Shown here one piece after another: positions 38,350 to 52,900 of a stretch of DNA of 64,000 nt. Both the position numbers and the translations under genes were made by a program. Source of the DNA: Eledone cirrhosa (taxonomy: Eukaryota); the NCBI GenBank assembly GCA_964016885.1, contig CAXHJY010000096.1, positions 434,001-498,000 on the forward strand. Direction: 5' to 3'. The notes beneath the pieces were generated by a model. That model was not told the origin of the DNA. It saw only the letters and a program-made list of their open reading frames with translations, and ran no database searches. Every line of letters starts with the position of its first letter. Position 1 is the stretch's first letter.

Positions 38350-41300
38350 GATAATTTGTAAAAAAATCAGGGGGAGATAATTTGTAAAAAAAAATCAGGG
38401 GGAGATAATTTGTAAAAAAAAATCAGGGGGAGATAATTTGTAAAAAAAATCAGGGGGAGATAATTTGTAAAAAAAATCAGGGGGAGATAATTTGTAAAAA
38501 AAATCAAGGGGAGATAATTTGCAGCCGTCCAAGGGGAGATAATTTTCAGCCGTCCAAGGAGAGGTAATTTCTAGCCGTCCAAGGGGAGATAATTTCCAGC
38601 CGTCCAAGGGGAGATAATTTCCAGCCGTCCAAGGGGAGATAATTTTTTTTTAAAAATCAGGCGGAGATAATTTGTAAAAAAAAAAATCAGGGGGAGATAA
38701 TTTGTAAAAAAAAATCAGGGGGAGATAATTTGTAAAAAAAAATCAGGGGGAGATAATTTGTAAAAAAAATCAAGGGGAGATAATTTCCAGCCGTCCAAGG
38801 GAAGATAATTTCCAGCCCTCCAAGGGGCTATAATTTCCAGCGTCCAAGGGGAGATAATTTCCAGCCAGCGAAGGGGAGATAATTTTTTTTTAAAAAATCA
38901 TGCGGGGATAATTTGTAAAAAAAATCAGGGGGAGATAATTTGTAAAAAAAATCAAGGGGAGATAATTTCCAGCCGTCCAAAGAGAGATAATTTCTAGCCG
39001 TCCAAGGGGAGATAATTTCCAGCCGTCCAAGGGGAGATAATTTCCCGCCAGCCAAGGGAAGATAATTTTTTAAAAAATCAGGCGGAGATTGTAAAAAAAA
39101 TCAGGGGGAGATAATTTGTAAAAAAATCGGGGAGATAATTTGTAAAAAAAAAATCAGGGGGAGATAATTTGTAAAAAAAAATCAGAGGGAGATAATTTGT
39201 AAAAAAAAATCAGGGGGAGATAATTTGTAAAAAAAATCAGGGGTAGATAATTTGTAAAAAAAATCAGGGGGAGATAATTTGTAAAAAAAAATCAGGGGGA
39301 GATAATTTGTAAAAAAAATCAAGGGGAGATAATTTCCAGCCGTCCAAGGGAAGATAATTTCCAGCCGTCCAAGGGAAGATAATTTCCAGCCCTCCAAGGG
39401 GCTATAATTTCCAGCGTCCAAGGGGAGATAATTTCCAGCCAGCGAAGGGGAGATAATTTTTTTTTTAAAAATCAGGGGGAGATAATTTGTAAAAAAAATC
39501 AGGGGGAGATAATTTGTAAAAAAAAATCAGGGGGAGATAATTTGTAAAAAAAAATCAGGGGGAGATAATTTGTAAAAAAAATTAAGGGGAGATAATTTTC
39601 AGCCGTCCAAGGGAAGATAATTTCCAGCCCTCCAAGGGGCTATAATTTCCAGCGTCCAAGGGGAGATAATTTCCAGCCAGCGAAGGGGAGATAATTTTTT
39701 TTTTTAAAATCATGCGGGGATAATTTGTAAAAAAAATCAGGGGGAGATAATTTGTAAAAAAAATCAAGGGGAGATAATTTCCAGCCGTCCAAAGAGAGAT
39801 AATTTCTAGCCGTCCAAGGGGAGATAATTTCCAGCCGTCCAAGGGGAGATAATTTCCCGCCAGCCAAAGGAAGATAATTTTTTAAAAAATCAGGCGGAGA
39901 TTGTAAAAAAAATCAGGGGGAGATAATTTGTAAAAAAAATCAGGGGGAGATAATTTGTAAAAAAAATCAGGGGGAGATAATTTGTAAAAAAAATCAGGGG
40001 GAGATAATTTGTAAAAAAAAATCAGGGGGAGATAATTTGTAAAAAAAATCAGGGGGAGATAATTTGTAAAAAAAATCAGGGGGAGATAATTTGTAAAAAA
40101 AATCAAGGGGAGATAATTTGCAGCCGTCCAAGGGGAGATAATTTTCAGCCGTCCAAGGAGAGGTGATTTCTAGCCGTCCAAGGCGAGATAATTTCCAGCC
40201 GTCCAAGGGGAGATAATTTCCAGCCGTCCAAGGGGAGATAATTTTTTTAAAAAAATCAGGCGGAGATAATTTGTAAAAAAAAAATCAGGGGGAGATAATT
40301 TGTAAAAAAAAATCAGTGGGAGATAATTTGTAAAAAAAAATCAGGGGGAGATAATTTGTAAAAAAAATCAAGGGGAGATAATTTCCAGCCGTCCAAGGGA
40401 AGATAATTTCCAGCCCTCCAAGGGGCTATAATTTCCAGCGTCCAAGGGGAGATAATTTCCAGCCAGCGAAGGGGAGATAATTTTTTTTTAAAAAATCATG
40501 GGGGGATAATTTGTAAAAAAAAATCAGGGGGAGATAATTTGTAAAAAAAAATCAGGGGAGATAATTTGTAAAAAAAATCAGGGGGAGATAATTTGTAAAA
40601 AAAAATCAGGGGAAGATAATTTGTAAAAAAAATCAAGCGGAGATAATTTGCAGCCGTCCAAGGGGAGATAATTTCCCGCCAGCCAAGGAGAGATAATATT
40701 TAAAAAAATCAGGCGGAGATAATTTGTAAAAAAAATCAGGGGGAGATAATTTGTAAAAAAAATCAGGGGGAGATAATTTCCAGCCGTCCAAGGGGAGATA
40801 ATTTTCAGCCGTCCAAGGAGAGGTAATTTCTAGCCGTCCAAGGGGAGATAATTTCCAGCCGTCCAAGGGAAGATAATTTCCAGCCCTCCAAGGGGCTATA
40901 ATTTCCAGCGTCCAAGGGGAGATAATTTCCAGCCAGCGAAGGGGAGATAATTTTTTTTTTAAAAATCAGGGGGAGATAATTTGTAAAAAAAATCAGGGGG
41001 AGATAATTTGTAAAAAAAAATCAGGGGGAGATAATTTGTAAAAAAAAATCAGGGGGAGATAATTTGTAAAAAAAATCAAGGGGAGATAATTTCCAGCCGT
41101 GCAAGGGGAGATAATTTCCAGCCGTCCAAGGGGAGATAATTTACATCCTTCCAAGGGGAGATAATTTCCAGCCGTCCAAGGGGAGATAATTTCCCGCCAG
41201 CCAAGGGAAGATAATTTTTAAAAAAATCAGGGGGAGATAATTTGTAAAAAAAAAATCAGGGGGAGATAATTTGTAAAAAAAAATCAAGGGGAGATAATTT

Positions 41301-41930
41301 GTAAAAAAAATCAGGGGGAGATAATTTGTAAAAAAAATCAGGGGGAGATAATTTGTAAAAAAATCAGGGGGAGATAATTTGTAAAAAAAAATCAGGGGGA
41401 GATAATTTGTAAAAAAAAATCAAGGGGAGATAATTTGTAAAAAAAAATCAGGGGGAGATAATTTGTAAAAAAAAATCAGGGGGAGATAATTTGTAAAAAA
41501 AATCAAGGGGAGATAATTTGCAGCCGTCGAAGGGGAGATAATTTTCAGCCGTCCAAGGAGAGATAATTTCTAGCCGTCCAAGGGGAGATAATTTCCAGCC
41601 GTCCAAGGGGAGATAATTTCCAGCCGTCCAAGGGGAGATAATTTTTTTTAAAAAATCAAGCGGAGATAATTTGTAAAAAAAAAATCAGGGGGAGATAATT
41701 TGTAAAAAAAAATCAGGGGGAGATAATTTGTAAAAAAAAATCAGGGGGAGATAATTTGTAAAAAAAATCAAGGGGAGATAATTTCCAGCCGTCCAAGGGA
41801 AGATAATTTCCAGCCGTCCAAGGGAAGATAATTTCCAGCCCTCCAAGGGGCTATAATTTCCAGCGTCCAAGGGGAGATAATTTCCAGCCAGCGAAGGGGA
41901 GATAATTTTTTTTTATAAAATCAGGGGGAG
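38350..41930 (+). repeat. Duplication of ~23570-27150 (offset 14781-14782)
   Basis: ORF pairs 23614/38395, 24401/39182, 25213/39994 and 26903/41685. Both copies carry the private deletion ATCGGGGAG (~24346 and ~39127). Confidence 0.88.
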
Positions 41931-44099
41931 ATAATTTGTAAAAAAAAAATCAGGGGGAGATAATTTGTAAAAAAAAATCAAGGGGAGATAATTTGTAAAA
42001 AAAATCAGGGGGAGATAATTTGTAAAAAAAATCAGGGGGAGATAATTTGTAAAAAAATCAGGGGGAGATAATTTGTAAAAAAAAAATCAGGGGGAGATAA
42101 TTTGTAAAAAAAAATCAAGGGGAGATAATTTGTAAAAAAAAATCAGGGGGAGATAATTTGTAAAAAAAATCAGGGGGAGATAATTTGTAAAAAAAATCAG
42201 GGGGAGATAATTTGTAAAAAAAAAATCAGGGGGAGATAATTTGTAAAAAAAAATCAGGGGGAGATAATTTGTAAAAAAAATCAGGGGGAGATAATTTGTA
42301 AAAAAAATCAGGGGGAGATAATTTGTAAAAAAAAATCAGGGGGAGATAATTTGTAAAAAAAATCAAGGGGAGATAATTTGCAGCCGTCCAAGGGGAGATA
42401 ATTTTCAGCCGTCCAAGGAGAGATAATTTCTAGCCGTCCAAGGGGAGATAATTTCCAGCCGTCCAAGGCGAGATAATTTCCAGCCGTCCAAGGGGAGATA
42501 ATTTTTTTTAAAAAATCAAGCGGAGATAATTTGTAAAAAAAAAATCAGGGGGAGATAATTTGTAAAAAAAATCAAGGGGAGATAATTTCCAGCCGTCCAA
42601 GGGAAGATAATTTCCAGCCGTCCAAGGGAAGATAATTTCCAGCCCTCCAAGGGGCTATAATTTCCAGCGTCCAAGGGGAGATAATTTCCAGCCAGCGAAG
42701 GGGAGATAATTTTTTTTTTTTAAATCAGGGGGAGATAATTTGTAAAAAAAATCAGGGGGAGATAATTTGTAAAAAAAAATCAGGGGGAGATAATTTGTAA
42801 AAAAAAATCAGGGGGAGATAATTTGTAAAAAAAATCAAGGGGAGATAATTTCCAGCCGTGCAAGGGGAGATAATTTCCAGCCGTCCAAGGGGAGATAATT
42901 TACATCCTTCCAAGGGGAGATAATTTCCAGCCGTCCAAGGGGAGATAATTTCCCGCCAGCCAAGGGAAGAAAATTTTTAAAAAAATCAGGGGGAGATAAT
43001 TTGTAAAAAAAAAATCAGGGGGAGATAATTTGTAAAAAAAAATCAAGGGGAGATAATTTGTAAAAAAAATCAGGGGGAGATAATTTGTAAAAAAAATCAG
43101 GGGGAGATAATTTGTAAAAAAATCAGGGGGAGATAATTTGTAAAAAAAAAATCAGGGGGAGATAATTTGTAAAAAAAAATCAAGGGGAGATAATTTGTAA
43201 AAAAAAATCAGGGGGAGATAATTTGTAAAAAAAATCAGGGGGAGATAATTTGTAAAAAAATCAGGGGGAGATAATTTGTAAAAAAAATCAGGGGGAGATA
43301 ATTTGTAAAAAAAAATCAGGGGGAGATAATTTGTAAAAAAAATCAGGGGGAGATAATTTGTAAAAAAAATCAGGGGGAGATAATTTGTAAAAAAAATCAA
43401 GGGGAGATAATTTGCAGCCGTCCAAGGGGAGATAATTTTCAGCCGTCCAAGGAGAGGTAATTTCTAGCCGTCCAAGGGGAGATGATTTCCAGCCGTCCAA
43501 GGGGAGATAATTTCCAGCCGTCCAAGGGGAGATAATTTTTTTTTAAAAATCAGGCGGAGATAATTTGTAAAAAAAAAAATCAGGGGGAGATAATTTGTAA
43601 AAAAAAATCAGGGGGAGATAATTTGTAAAAAAAAATCAGGGGGAGATAATTTGTAAAAAAAATCAAGGGGAGATAATTTCCAGCCGTCCAAGGGAAGATA
43701 ATTTCCAGCCCTCCAAGGGGCTATAATTTCCAGCGTCCAAGGGGAGATAATTTCCAGCCAGCGAAGGGGAGATAATTTTTTTTAAAAAAATCATGCGGGG
43801 ATAATTTGTAAAAAAAATCAGGGGGAGATAATTTGTAAAAAAAATCAAGGGGAGATAATTTCCAGCCGTCCAAAGAGAGATAATTTCTAGCCGTCCAAGG
43901 GGAGATAATTTCCAGCCGTCCAAGGGGAGATAATTTCCCGCCAGCCAAGGGAAGATAATTTTTTAAAAAATCAGGCGGAGATTGTAAAAAAAATCAGGGG
44001 GAGATAATTTGTAAAAAAATCAGGGGGAGATAATTTGTAAAAAAAAAATCAGGGGGAGATAATTTGTAAAAAAAAATCAGAGGGAGATAATTTGTAAAA

Positions 44100-47000
44100 A
44101 AAAATCAGGGGGAGATAATTTGTAAAAAAAATCAGGGGTAGATAATTTGTAAAAAAAATCAGGGGGAGATAATTTGTAAAAAAAAATCAGGGGGAGATAA
44201 TTTGTAAAAAAAATCAAGGGGAGATAATTTCCAGCCGTCCAAGGGAAGATAATTTCCAGCCGTCCAAGGGAAGATAATTTCCAGCCCTCCAAGGGGCTAT
44301 AATTTCCAGCGTCCAAGGGGAGATAATTTCCAGCCAGCGAAGGGGAGATAATTTTTTTTTTAAAAATCAGGGGTAGATAATTTGTAAAAAAAATCAGGGG
44401 GAGATAATTTGTAAAAAAAAATCAGGGGGAGATAATTTGTAAAAAAAAATCAGGGGGAGATAATTTGTAAAAAAAATCAAGGGGAGATAATTTCCAGCCG
44501 TGCAAGGGGAGATAATTTCCAGCCGTCCAAGGGGAGATAATTTACATCCTTCCAAGGGGAGATAATTTCCAGCCGTCCAAGGGGAGATAATTTCCCGCCA
44601 GCCAAGGGAAGATAATTTTTAAAAAAATCAGGGGGAGATAATTTGTAAAAAAAAAATCAGGGGGAGATAATTTGTAAAAAAAAATCAAGGGGAGATAATT
44701 TGTAAAAAAAATCAGGGGGAGATAATTTGTAAAAAAAATCAGGGGGAGATAATTTGTAAAAAAATCAGGGGGAGATAATTTGTAAAAAAAAAATCAGGGG
44801 GAGATAATTTGTAAAAAAAAATCAAGGGGAGATAATTTGTAAAAAAAAATCAGGGGGAGATAATTTGTAAAAAAAATCAGGGGGAGATAATTTGTAAAAA
44901 AAATCAGGGGGAGATAATTTGTAAAAAAAAATCAGGGGGAGATAATTTGTAAAAAAAAATCAGGGGGAGATAATTTGTAAAAAAAATCAGGGGGAGATAA
45001 TTTGTAAAAAAAATCAGGGGGAGATAATTTGTAAAAAAAATCAAGGGGAGATAATTTGCAGCCGTCCAAGGGGAGATAATTTTCAGCCGTCCAAGGAGAG
45101 GTAATTTCTAGCCGTCCAAGGGGAGATAATTTCCAGCCGTCCAAGGGGAGATAATTTCCAGCCGTCCAAGGGGAGATAATTTTTTTTTAAAAATCAGGCG
45201 GAGATAATTTGTAAAAAAAAAAATCAGGGGGAGATAATTTGTAAAAAAAAATCAGGGGGAGATAATTTGTAAAAAAAAATCAGGGGGAGATAATTTGTAA
45301 AAAAAATCAAGGGGAGATAATTTCCAGCCGTCCAAGGGAAGATAATTTCCAGCCGTCCAAGGGAAGATAATTTCCAGCCCTCCAAGGGGCTATAATTTCC
45401 AGCGTCCAAGGGGAGATAATTTCCAGCCAGCGAAGGGGAGATAATTTTTTTTTTAAAAATCAGGGGGAGATAATTTGTAAAAAAAATCAGGGGGAGATAA
45501 TTTGTAAAAAAAAATCAGGGGGAGATAATTTGTAAAAAAAAATCAGGGGGAGATAATTTGTAAAAAAAAATCAGGGGGAGATAATTTGTAAAAAAAATCA
45601 AGGGGAGATAATTTCCAGCCGTCCAAGGGAAGATAATTTCCAGCCGTCCAAGGGAAGATAATTTCCAGCCCTCCAAGGGGCTATAATTTCCAGCGTCCAA
45701 GGGGAGATAATTTCCAGCCAGCGAAGGGGAGATAATTTTTTTTTTAAAAATCAGGGGTAGATAATTTGTAAAAAAAATCAGGGGGAGATAATTTGTAAAA
45801 AAAAATCAGGGGGAGATAATTTGTAAAAAAAAATCAGGGGGAGATAATTTGTAAAAAAAATCAAGGGGAGATAATTTCCAGCCGTGCAAGGGGAGATAAT
45901 TTCCAGCCGTCCAAGGGGAGATAATTTACATCCTTCCAAGGGGAGATAATTTCCAGCCGTCCAAGGGGAGATAATTTCCCGCCAGCCAAGGGAAGATAAT
46001 TTTTAAAAAAATCAGGGGGAGATAATTTGTAAAAAAAAAATCAGGGGGAGATAATTTGTAAAAAAAAATCAAGGGGAGATAATTTGTAAAAAAAATCAGG
46101 GGGAGATAATTTGTAAAAAAAATCAGGGGGAGATAATTTGTAAAAAAATCAGGGGGAGATAATTTGTAAAAAAAAAATCAGGGGGAGATAATTTGTAAAA
46201 AAAAATCAAGGGGAGATAATTTGTAAAAAAAAATCAGGGGGAGATAATTTGTAAAAAAAATCAGGGGGAGATAATTTGTAAAAAAAATCAGGGGGAGATA
46301 ATTTGTAAAAAAAAATCAGGGGGAGATAATTTGTAAAAAAAAATCAGGGGGAGATAATTTGTAAAAAAAATCAGGGGGAGATAATTTGTAAAAAAAATAA
46401 GGGGGAGATAATTTGTAAAAAAAATCAAGGGGAGATAATTTGCAGCCGTCCAAGGGGAGATAATTTTCAGCCGTCCAAGGAGAGGTAATTTCTAGCCGTC
46501 CAAGGGGAGATAATTTCCAGCCGTCCAAGGGGAGATAATTTCCAGCCGTCCAAGGGGAGATAATTTTTTTTTAAAAATCAGGCGGAGATAATTTGTAAAA
46601 AAAAAAATCAGGGGGAGATAATTTGTAAAAAAAAATCAGGGGGAGATAATTTGTAAAAAAAAATCAGGGGGAGATAATTTGTAAAAAAAATCAAGGGGAG
46701 ATAATTTCCAGCCGTCCAAGGGAAGATAATTTCCAGCCGTCCAAGGGAAGATAATTTCCAGCCCTCCAAGGGGCTATAATTTCCAGCGTCCAAGGGGAGA
46801 TAATTTCCAGCCAGCGAAGGGGAGATAATTTTTTTTTAAAAATCAGGGGGAGATAATTTGTAAAAAAAATCAGGGGGAGATAATTTGTAAAAAAAAATCA
46901 GGGGGAGATAATTTGTAAAAAAAAATCAGGGGGAGATAATTTGTAAAAAAAAATCAGGGGGAGATAATTTGTAAAAAAAATCAAGGGGAGATAATTTCCA

Positions 47001-50000
47001 GCCGTCCAAGGGAAGATAATTTCCAGCCGTCCAAGGGAAGATAATTTCCAGCCCTCCAAGGGGCTATAATTTCCAGCGTCCAAGGGGAGATAATTTCCAG
47101 CCAGCGAAGGGGAGATAATTTTTTTTTTAAAAATCAGGGGGAGATAATTTGTAAAAAAATCAGGGGGAGATAATTTGTAAAAAAAAATCAGGGGGAGATA
47201 ATTTGTAAAAAAAAATCAGGGGGAGATAATTTGTAAAAAAAATCAAGGGGAGATAATTTCCAGCCGTGCAAGGGGAGATAATTTCCAGCCGTCCAAGGGG
47301 AGATAATTTACATCCTTCCAAGGGGAGATAATTTCCAGCCGTCCAAGGGGAGATAATTTCCCGCCAGCCAAGGGAAGATAATTTTTAAAAAAATCAGGGG
47401 GAGATAATTTGTAAAAAAAAAATCAGGGGGAGATAATTTGTAAAAAAAAATCAAGGGGAGATAATTTGTAAAAAAAATCAGGGGGAGATAATTTGTAAAA
47501 AAAATCAGGGGGAGATAATTTGTAAAAAAAATCAGGGGGAGATAATTTGTAAAAAAAAATCAGGGGGAGATAATTTGTAAAAAAAAATCAAGGGGAGATA
47601 ATTTGTAAAAAAAAATCAGGGGGAGATAATTTGTAAAAAAAAATCAGGGGGAGATAATTTGTAAAAAAAATCAAGGGGAGATAATTTGCAGCCGTCGAAG
47701 GGGAGATAATTTTCAGCCGTCCAAGGAGAGATAATTTCTAGCCGTCCAAGGGGAGATAATTTCCAGCCGTCCAAGGGGAGATAATTTCCAGCCGTCCAAG
47801 GGGAGATAATTATTTTTAAAAAATCAAGCGGAGATAATTTGTAAAAAAAAAATCAGGGGGAGATAATTTGTAAAAAAAAATCAGGGGGAGATAATTTGTA
47901 AAAAAAAATCAGGGGGAGATAATTTGTAAAAAAAATCAAGGGGAGATAATTTCCAGCCGTCCAAGGGAAGATAATTTCCAGCCGTCCAAGGGAAGATAAT
48001 TTCCAGCCCTCCAAGGGGCTATAATTTCCAGCGTCCAAGGGGAGATAATTTCCAGCCAGCGAAGGGGAGATAATTTTTTTTTATAAAATCAGGGGGAGAT
48101 AATTTGTAAAAAAAATCAGGGGGAGATAATTTGTAAAAAAAAATCAGGGGGAGATAATTTGTAAAAAAAAATCAGGGGGAGATAATTTGTAAAAAAAATC
48201 AAGGGGAGATAATTTCCAGCCGTGCAAGGGGAGATAATTTCCAGCCGTCCAAGGGGAGATAATTTACATCCTTCCAAGGGGAGATAATTTCCAGCCGTCC
48301 AAGGGGAGATAATTTCCCGCCAGCCAAGGGAAGATAATTTTTAAAAAAATCAGGGGGAGATAATTTGTAAAAGAAAAATCAGGGGGAGATAATTTGTAAA
48401 AAAAAATCAAGGGGAGATAATTTGTAAAAAAAATCAGGGGGAGATAATTTGTAAAAAAAATCAGGGGGAGATAATTTGTAAAAAAAATCAGGGGGAGATA
48501 ATTTGTAAAAAAAATCAAGGGGAGATAATTTGCAGCCGTCCAAGGGGAGATAATTTTCAGCCGTCCAAGGAGAGGTAATTTCTAGCCGTCCAAGGGGAGA
48601 TAATTTCCAGCCGTCCAAGGGGAGATAATTTCCAGCCGTCCAAGGGGAGATAATTTTTTTTTAAAAATCAGGCGGAGATAATTTGTAAAAAAAAAAATCA
48701 GGGGGAGATAATTTGTAAAAAAAAATCAGGGGGAGATAATTTGTAAAAAAAAATCAGGGGGAGATAATTTGTAAAAAAAATCAAGGGGAGATAATTTCCA
48801 GCCGTCCAAGGGAAGATAATTTCCAGCCGTCCAAGGGAAGATAATTTCCAGCCCTCCAAGGGGCTATAATTTCCAGCGTCCAAGGGGAGATAATTTCCAG
48901 CCAGCGAAGGGGAGATAATTTTTTTTTTAAAAATCAGGGGGAGATAATTTGTAAAAAAAATCAGGGGGAGATAATTTGTAAAAAAAAATCAGGGGGAGAT
49001 AATTTGTAAAAAAAAATCAGGGGGAGATAATTTGTAAAAAAAAATCAGGGGGAGATAATTTGTAAAAAAAATCAAGGGGAGATAATTTCCAGCCGTCCAA
49101 GGGAAGATAATTTCCAGCCGTCCAAGGGAAGATAATTTCCAGCCCTCCAAGGGGCTATAATTTCCAGCGTCCAAGGGGAGATAATTTCCAGCCAGCGAAG
49201 GGGAGATAATTTTTTTTTTAAAAATCAGGGGGAGATAATTTGTAAAAAAAATCAGGGGGAGATAATTTGTAAAAAAAAATCAGGGGGAGATAATTTGTAA
49301 AAAAAAATCAGGGGGAGATAATTTGTAAAAAAAATCAAGGGGAGATAATTTCCAGCCGTGCAAGGGGAGATAATTTCCAGCCGTCCAAGGGGAGATAATT
49401 TACATCCTTCCAAGGGGAGATAATTTCCAGCCGTCCAAGGGGAGATAATTTCCCGCCAGCCAAGGGAAGATAATTTTTAAAAAAATCAGGGGGAGATAAT
49501 TTGTAAAAAAAAAATCAGGGGGAGATAATTTGTAAAAAAAAATCAAGGGGAGATAATTTGTAAAAAAAATCAGGGGGAGATAATTTGTAAAAAAAATCAG
49601 GGGGAGATAATTTGTAAAAAAAATCAGGGGGAGATAATTTGTAAAAAAAAATCAGGGGGAGATAATTTGTAAAAAAAAATCAAGGGGAGATAATTTGTAA
49701 AAAAAAATCAGGGGGAGATAATTTGTAAAAAAAAATCAGGGGGAGATAATTTGTAAAAAAAATCAAGGGGAGATAATTTGCAGCCGTCGAAGGGGAGATA
49801 ATTTTCAGCCGTCCAAGGAGAGATAATTTCTAGCCGTCCAAGGGGAGATAATTTCCAGCCGTCCAAGGGGAGATAATTTCCAGCCGTCCAAGGGGAGATA
49901 ATTTTTTTTAAAAAATCAAGCGGAGATAATTTGTAAAAAAAAAATCAGGGGGAGATAATTTGTAAAAAAAAATCAGGGGGAGATAATTTGTAAAAAAAAA

Positions 50001-52900
50001 TCAGGGGGAGATAATTTGTAAAAAAAATCAAGGGGAGATAATTTCCAGCCGTCCAAGGGAAGATAATTTCCAGCCGTCCAAGGGAAGATAATTTCCAGCC
50101 CTCCAAGGGGCTATAATTTCCAGCGTCCAAGGGGAGATAATTTCCAGCCAGCGAAGGGGAGATAATTTTTTTTTATAAAATCAGGGGGAGATAATTTGTA
50201 AAAAAAATCAGGGGGAGATAATTTGTAAAAAAAAATCAGGGGGAGATAATTTGTAAAAAAAAATCAGGGGGAGATAATTTGTAAAAAAAATCAAGGGGAG
50301 ATAATTTCCAGCCGTGCAAGGGGAGATAATTTCCAGCCGTCCAAGGGGAGATAATTTACATCCTTCCAAGGGGAGATAATTTCCAGCCGTCCAAGGGGAG
50401 ATAATTTCCCGCCAGCCAAGGGAAGATAATTTTTAAAAAAATCAGGGGGAGATAATTTGTAAAAGAAAAATCAGGGGGAGATAATTTGTAAAAAAAAATC
50501 AAGGGGAGATAATTTGTAAAAAAAATCAGGGGGAGATAATTTGTAAAAAAAATCAGGGGGAGATAATTTGTAAAAAAATCAGGGGGAGATAATTTGTAAA
50601 AAAAAAATCAGGGGGAGATAATTTGTAAAAAAAAATCAAGGGGAGATAATTTGTAAAAAAAAATCAGGGGGAGATAATTTGTAAAAAAAATCAGGGGGAG
50701 ATAATTTGTAAAAAAAATCAGGGGGAGATAATTTGTAAAAAAAAATCAGGGGGAGATAATTTGTAAAAAAAAATCAGGGGGAGATAATTTGTAAAAAAAA
50801 TCAGGGGGAGATAATTTGTAAAAAAAATCAGGGGGAGATAATTTGTAAAAAAAATCAAGGGGAGATAATTTGCAGCCGTCCAAGGGGAGATAATTTTCAG
50901 CCGTCCAAGGAGAGGTAATTTCTAGCCGTCCAAGGGGAGATAATTTCCAGCCGTCCAAGGGGAGATAATTTCCAGCCGTCCAAGGGGAGATAATTTTTTT
51001 TTAAAAATCAGGCGGAGATAATTTGTAAAAAAAAAAATCAGGGGGAGATAATTTGTAAAAAAAAATCAGGGGGAGATAATTTGTAAAAAAAAATCAGGGG
51101 GAGATAATTTGTAAAAAAAATCAAGGGGAGATAATTTCCAGCCGTCCAAGGGAAGATAATTTCCAGCCGTCCAAGGGAAGATAATTTCCAGCCCTCCAAG
51201 GGGCTATAATTTCCAGCGTCCAAGGGGAGATAATTTCCAGCCAGCGAAGGGGAGATAATTTTTTTTTTTTAAATCAGGGGGAGATAATTTGTAAAAAAAA
51301 TCAGGGGGAGATAATTTGTAAAAAAAAATCAGGGGGAGATAATTTGTAAAAAAAAATCAGGGGGAGATAATTTGTAAAAAAAATCAAGGGGAGATAATTT
51401 CCAGCCGTGCAAGGGGAGATAATTTCCAGCCGTCCAAGGGGAGATAATTTACATCCTTCCAAGGGGAGATAATTTCCAGCCGTCCAAGGGGAGATAATTT
51501 CCCGCCAGCCAAGGGAAGATAATTTTTAAAAAAATCAGGGGGAGATAATTTGTAAAAAAAAAATCAGGGGGAGATAATTTGTAAAAAAAAATCAAGGGGA
51601 GATAATTTGTAAAAAAAATCAGGGGGAGATAATTTGTAAAAAAAAAATCAGGGGGAGATAATTTGTAAAAAAAAATCAAGGGGAGATAATTTGTAAAAAA
51701 AATCAGGGGGAGATAATTTGTAAAAAAAATCAGGGGGAGATAATTTGTAAAAAAATCAGGGGGAGATAATTTGTAAAAAAAAAATCAGGGGGAGATAATT
51801 TGTAAAAAAAAATCAAGGGGAGATAATTTGTAAAAAAAAATCAGGGGGAGATAATTTGTAAAAAAAAATCAGGGGGAGATAATTTGTAAAAAAAATCAAG
51901 GGGAGATAATTTGCAGCCGTCCAAGGGGAGATAATTTTCAGCCGTCCAAGGAGAGATAATTTCTAGCCGTCCAAGGGGAGATAATTTCCAGCCGTCCAAG
52001 GGGAGATAATTTCCAGCCGTCCAAGGGGAGATAATTTTTTTTAAAAAATCAAGCGGAGATAATTTGTAAAAAAAAAATCAGGGGGAGATAATTTGTAAAA
52101 AAAAATCAGGGGGAGATAATTTGTAAAAAAAAATCAGGGGGAGATAATTTGTAAAAAAAATCAAGGGGAGATAATTTCCAGCCGTCCAAGGGAAGATAAT
52201 TTCCAGCCGTCCAAGGGAAGATAATTTCCAGCCCTCCAAGGGGCTATAATTTCCAGCGTCCAAGGGGAGATAATTTCCAGCCAGCGAAGGGGAGATAATT
52301 TTTTTTTTTTAAATCAGGGGGAGATAATTTGTAAAAAAAATCAGGGGGAGATAATTTGTAAAAAAAAATCAGGGGGAGATAATTTGTAAAAAAAAATCAG
52401 GGGGAGATAATTTGTAAAAAAAATCAAGGGGAGATAATTTCCAGCCGTGCAAGGGGAGATAATTTCCAGCCGTCCAAGGGGAGATAATTTACATCCTTCC
52501 AAGGGGAGATAATTTCCAGCCGTCCAAGGGGAGATAATTTCCCGCCAGCCAAGGGAAGATAATTTTTAAAAAAATCAGGGGGAGATAATTTGTAAAAAAA
52601 AAATCAGGGGGAGATAATTTGTAAAAAAAAATCAAGGGGAGATAATTTGTAAAAAAAATCAGGGGGAGATAATTTGTAAAAAAAATCAGGGGGAGATAAT
52701 TTGTAAAAAAATCAGGGGGAGATAATTTGTAAAAAAAAAATCAGGGGGAGATAATTTGTAAAAAAAAATCAAGGGGAGATAATTTGTAAAAAAAAATCAG
52801 GGGGAGATAATTTGTAAAAAAAATCAGGGGGAGATAATTTGTAAAAAAATCAGGGGGAGATAATTTGTAAAAAAAAATCAGGGGGAGATAATTTGTAAAA
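44100..52900 (+). repeat. Simplified X/Y/Z-only domain with local periods of 291, ~955, 1040, 1384 and ~2091 bp
   Basis: X-derived ORF starts at 45224, 45515, 46608, 46898, 47853, 48698, 48989, 49945, 51038 and 52078. No W or V cassettes were seen in this interval. Confidence 0.85.
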
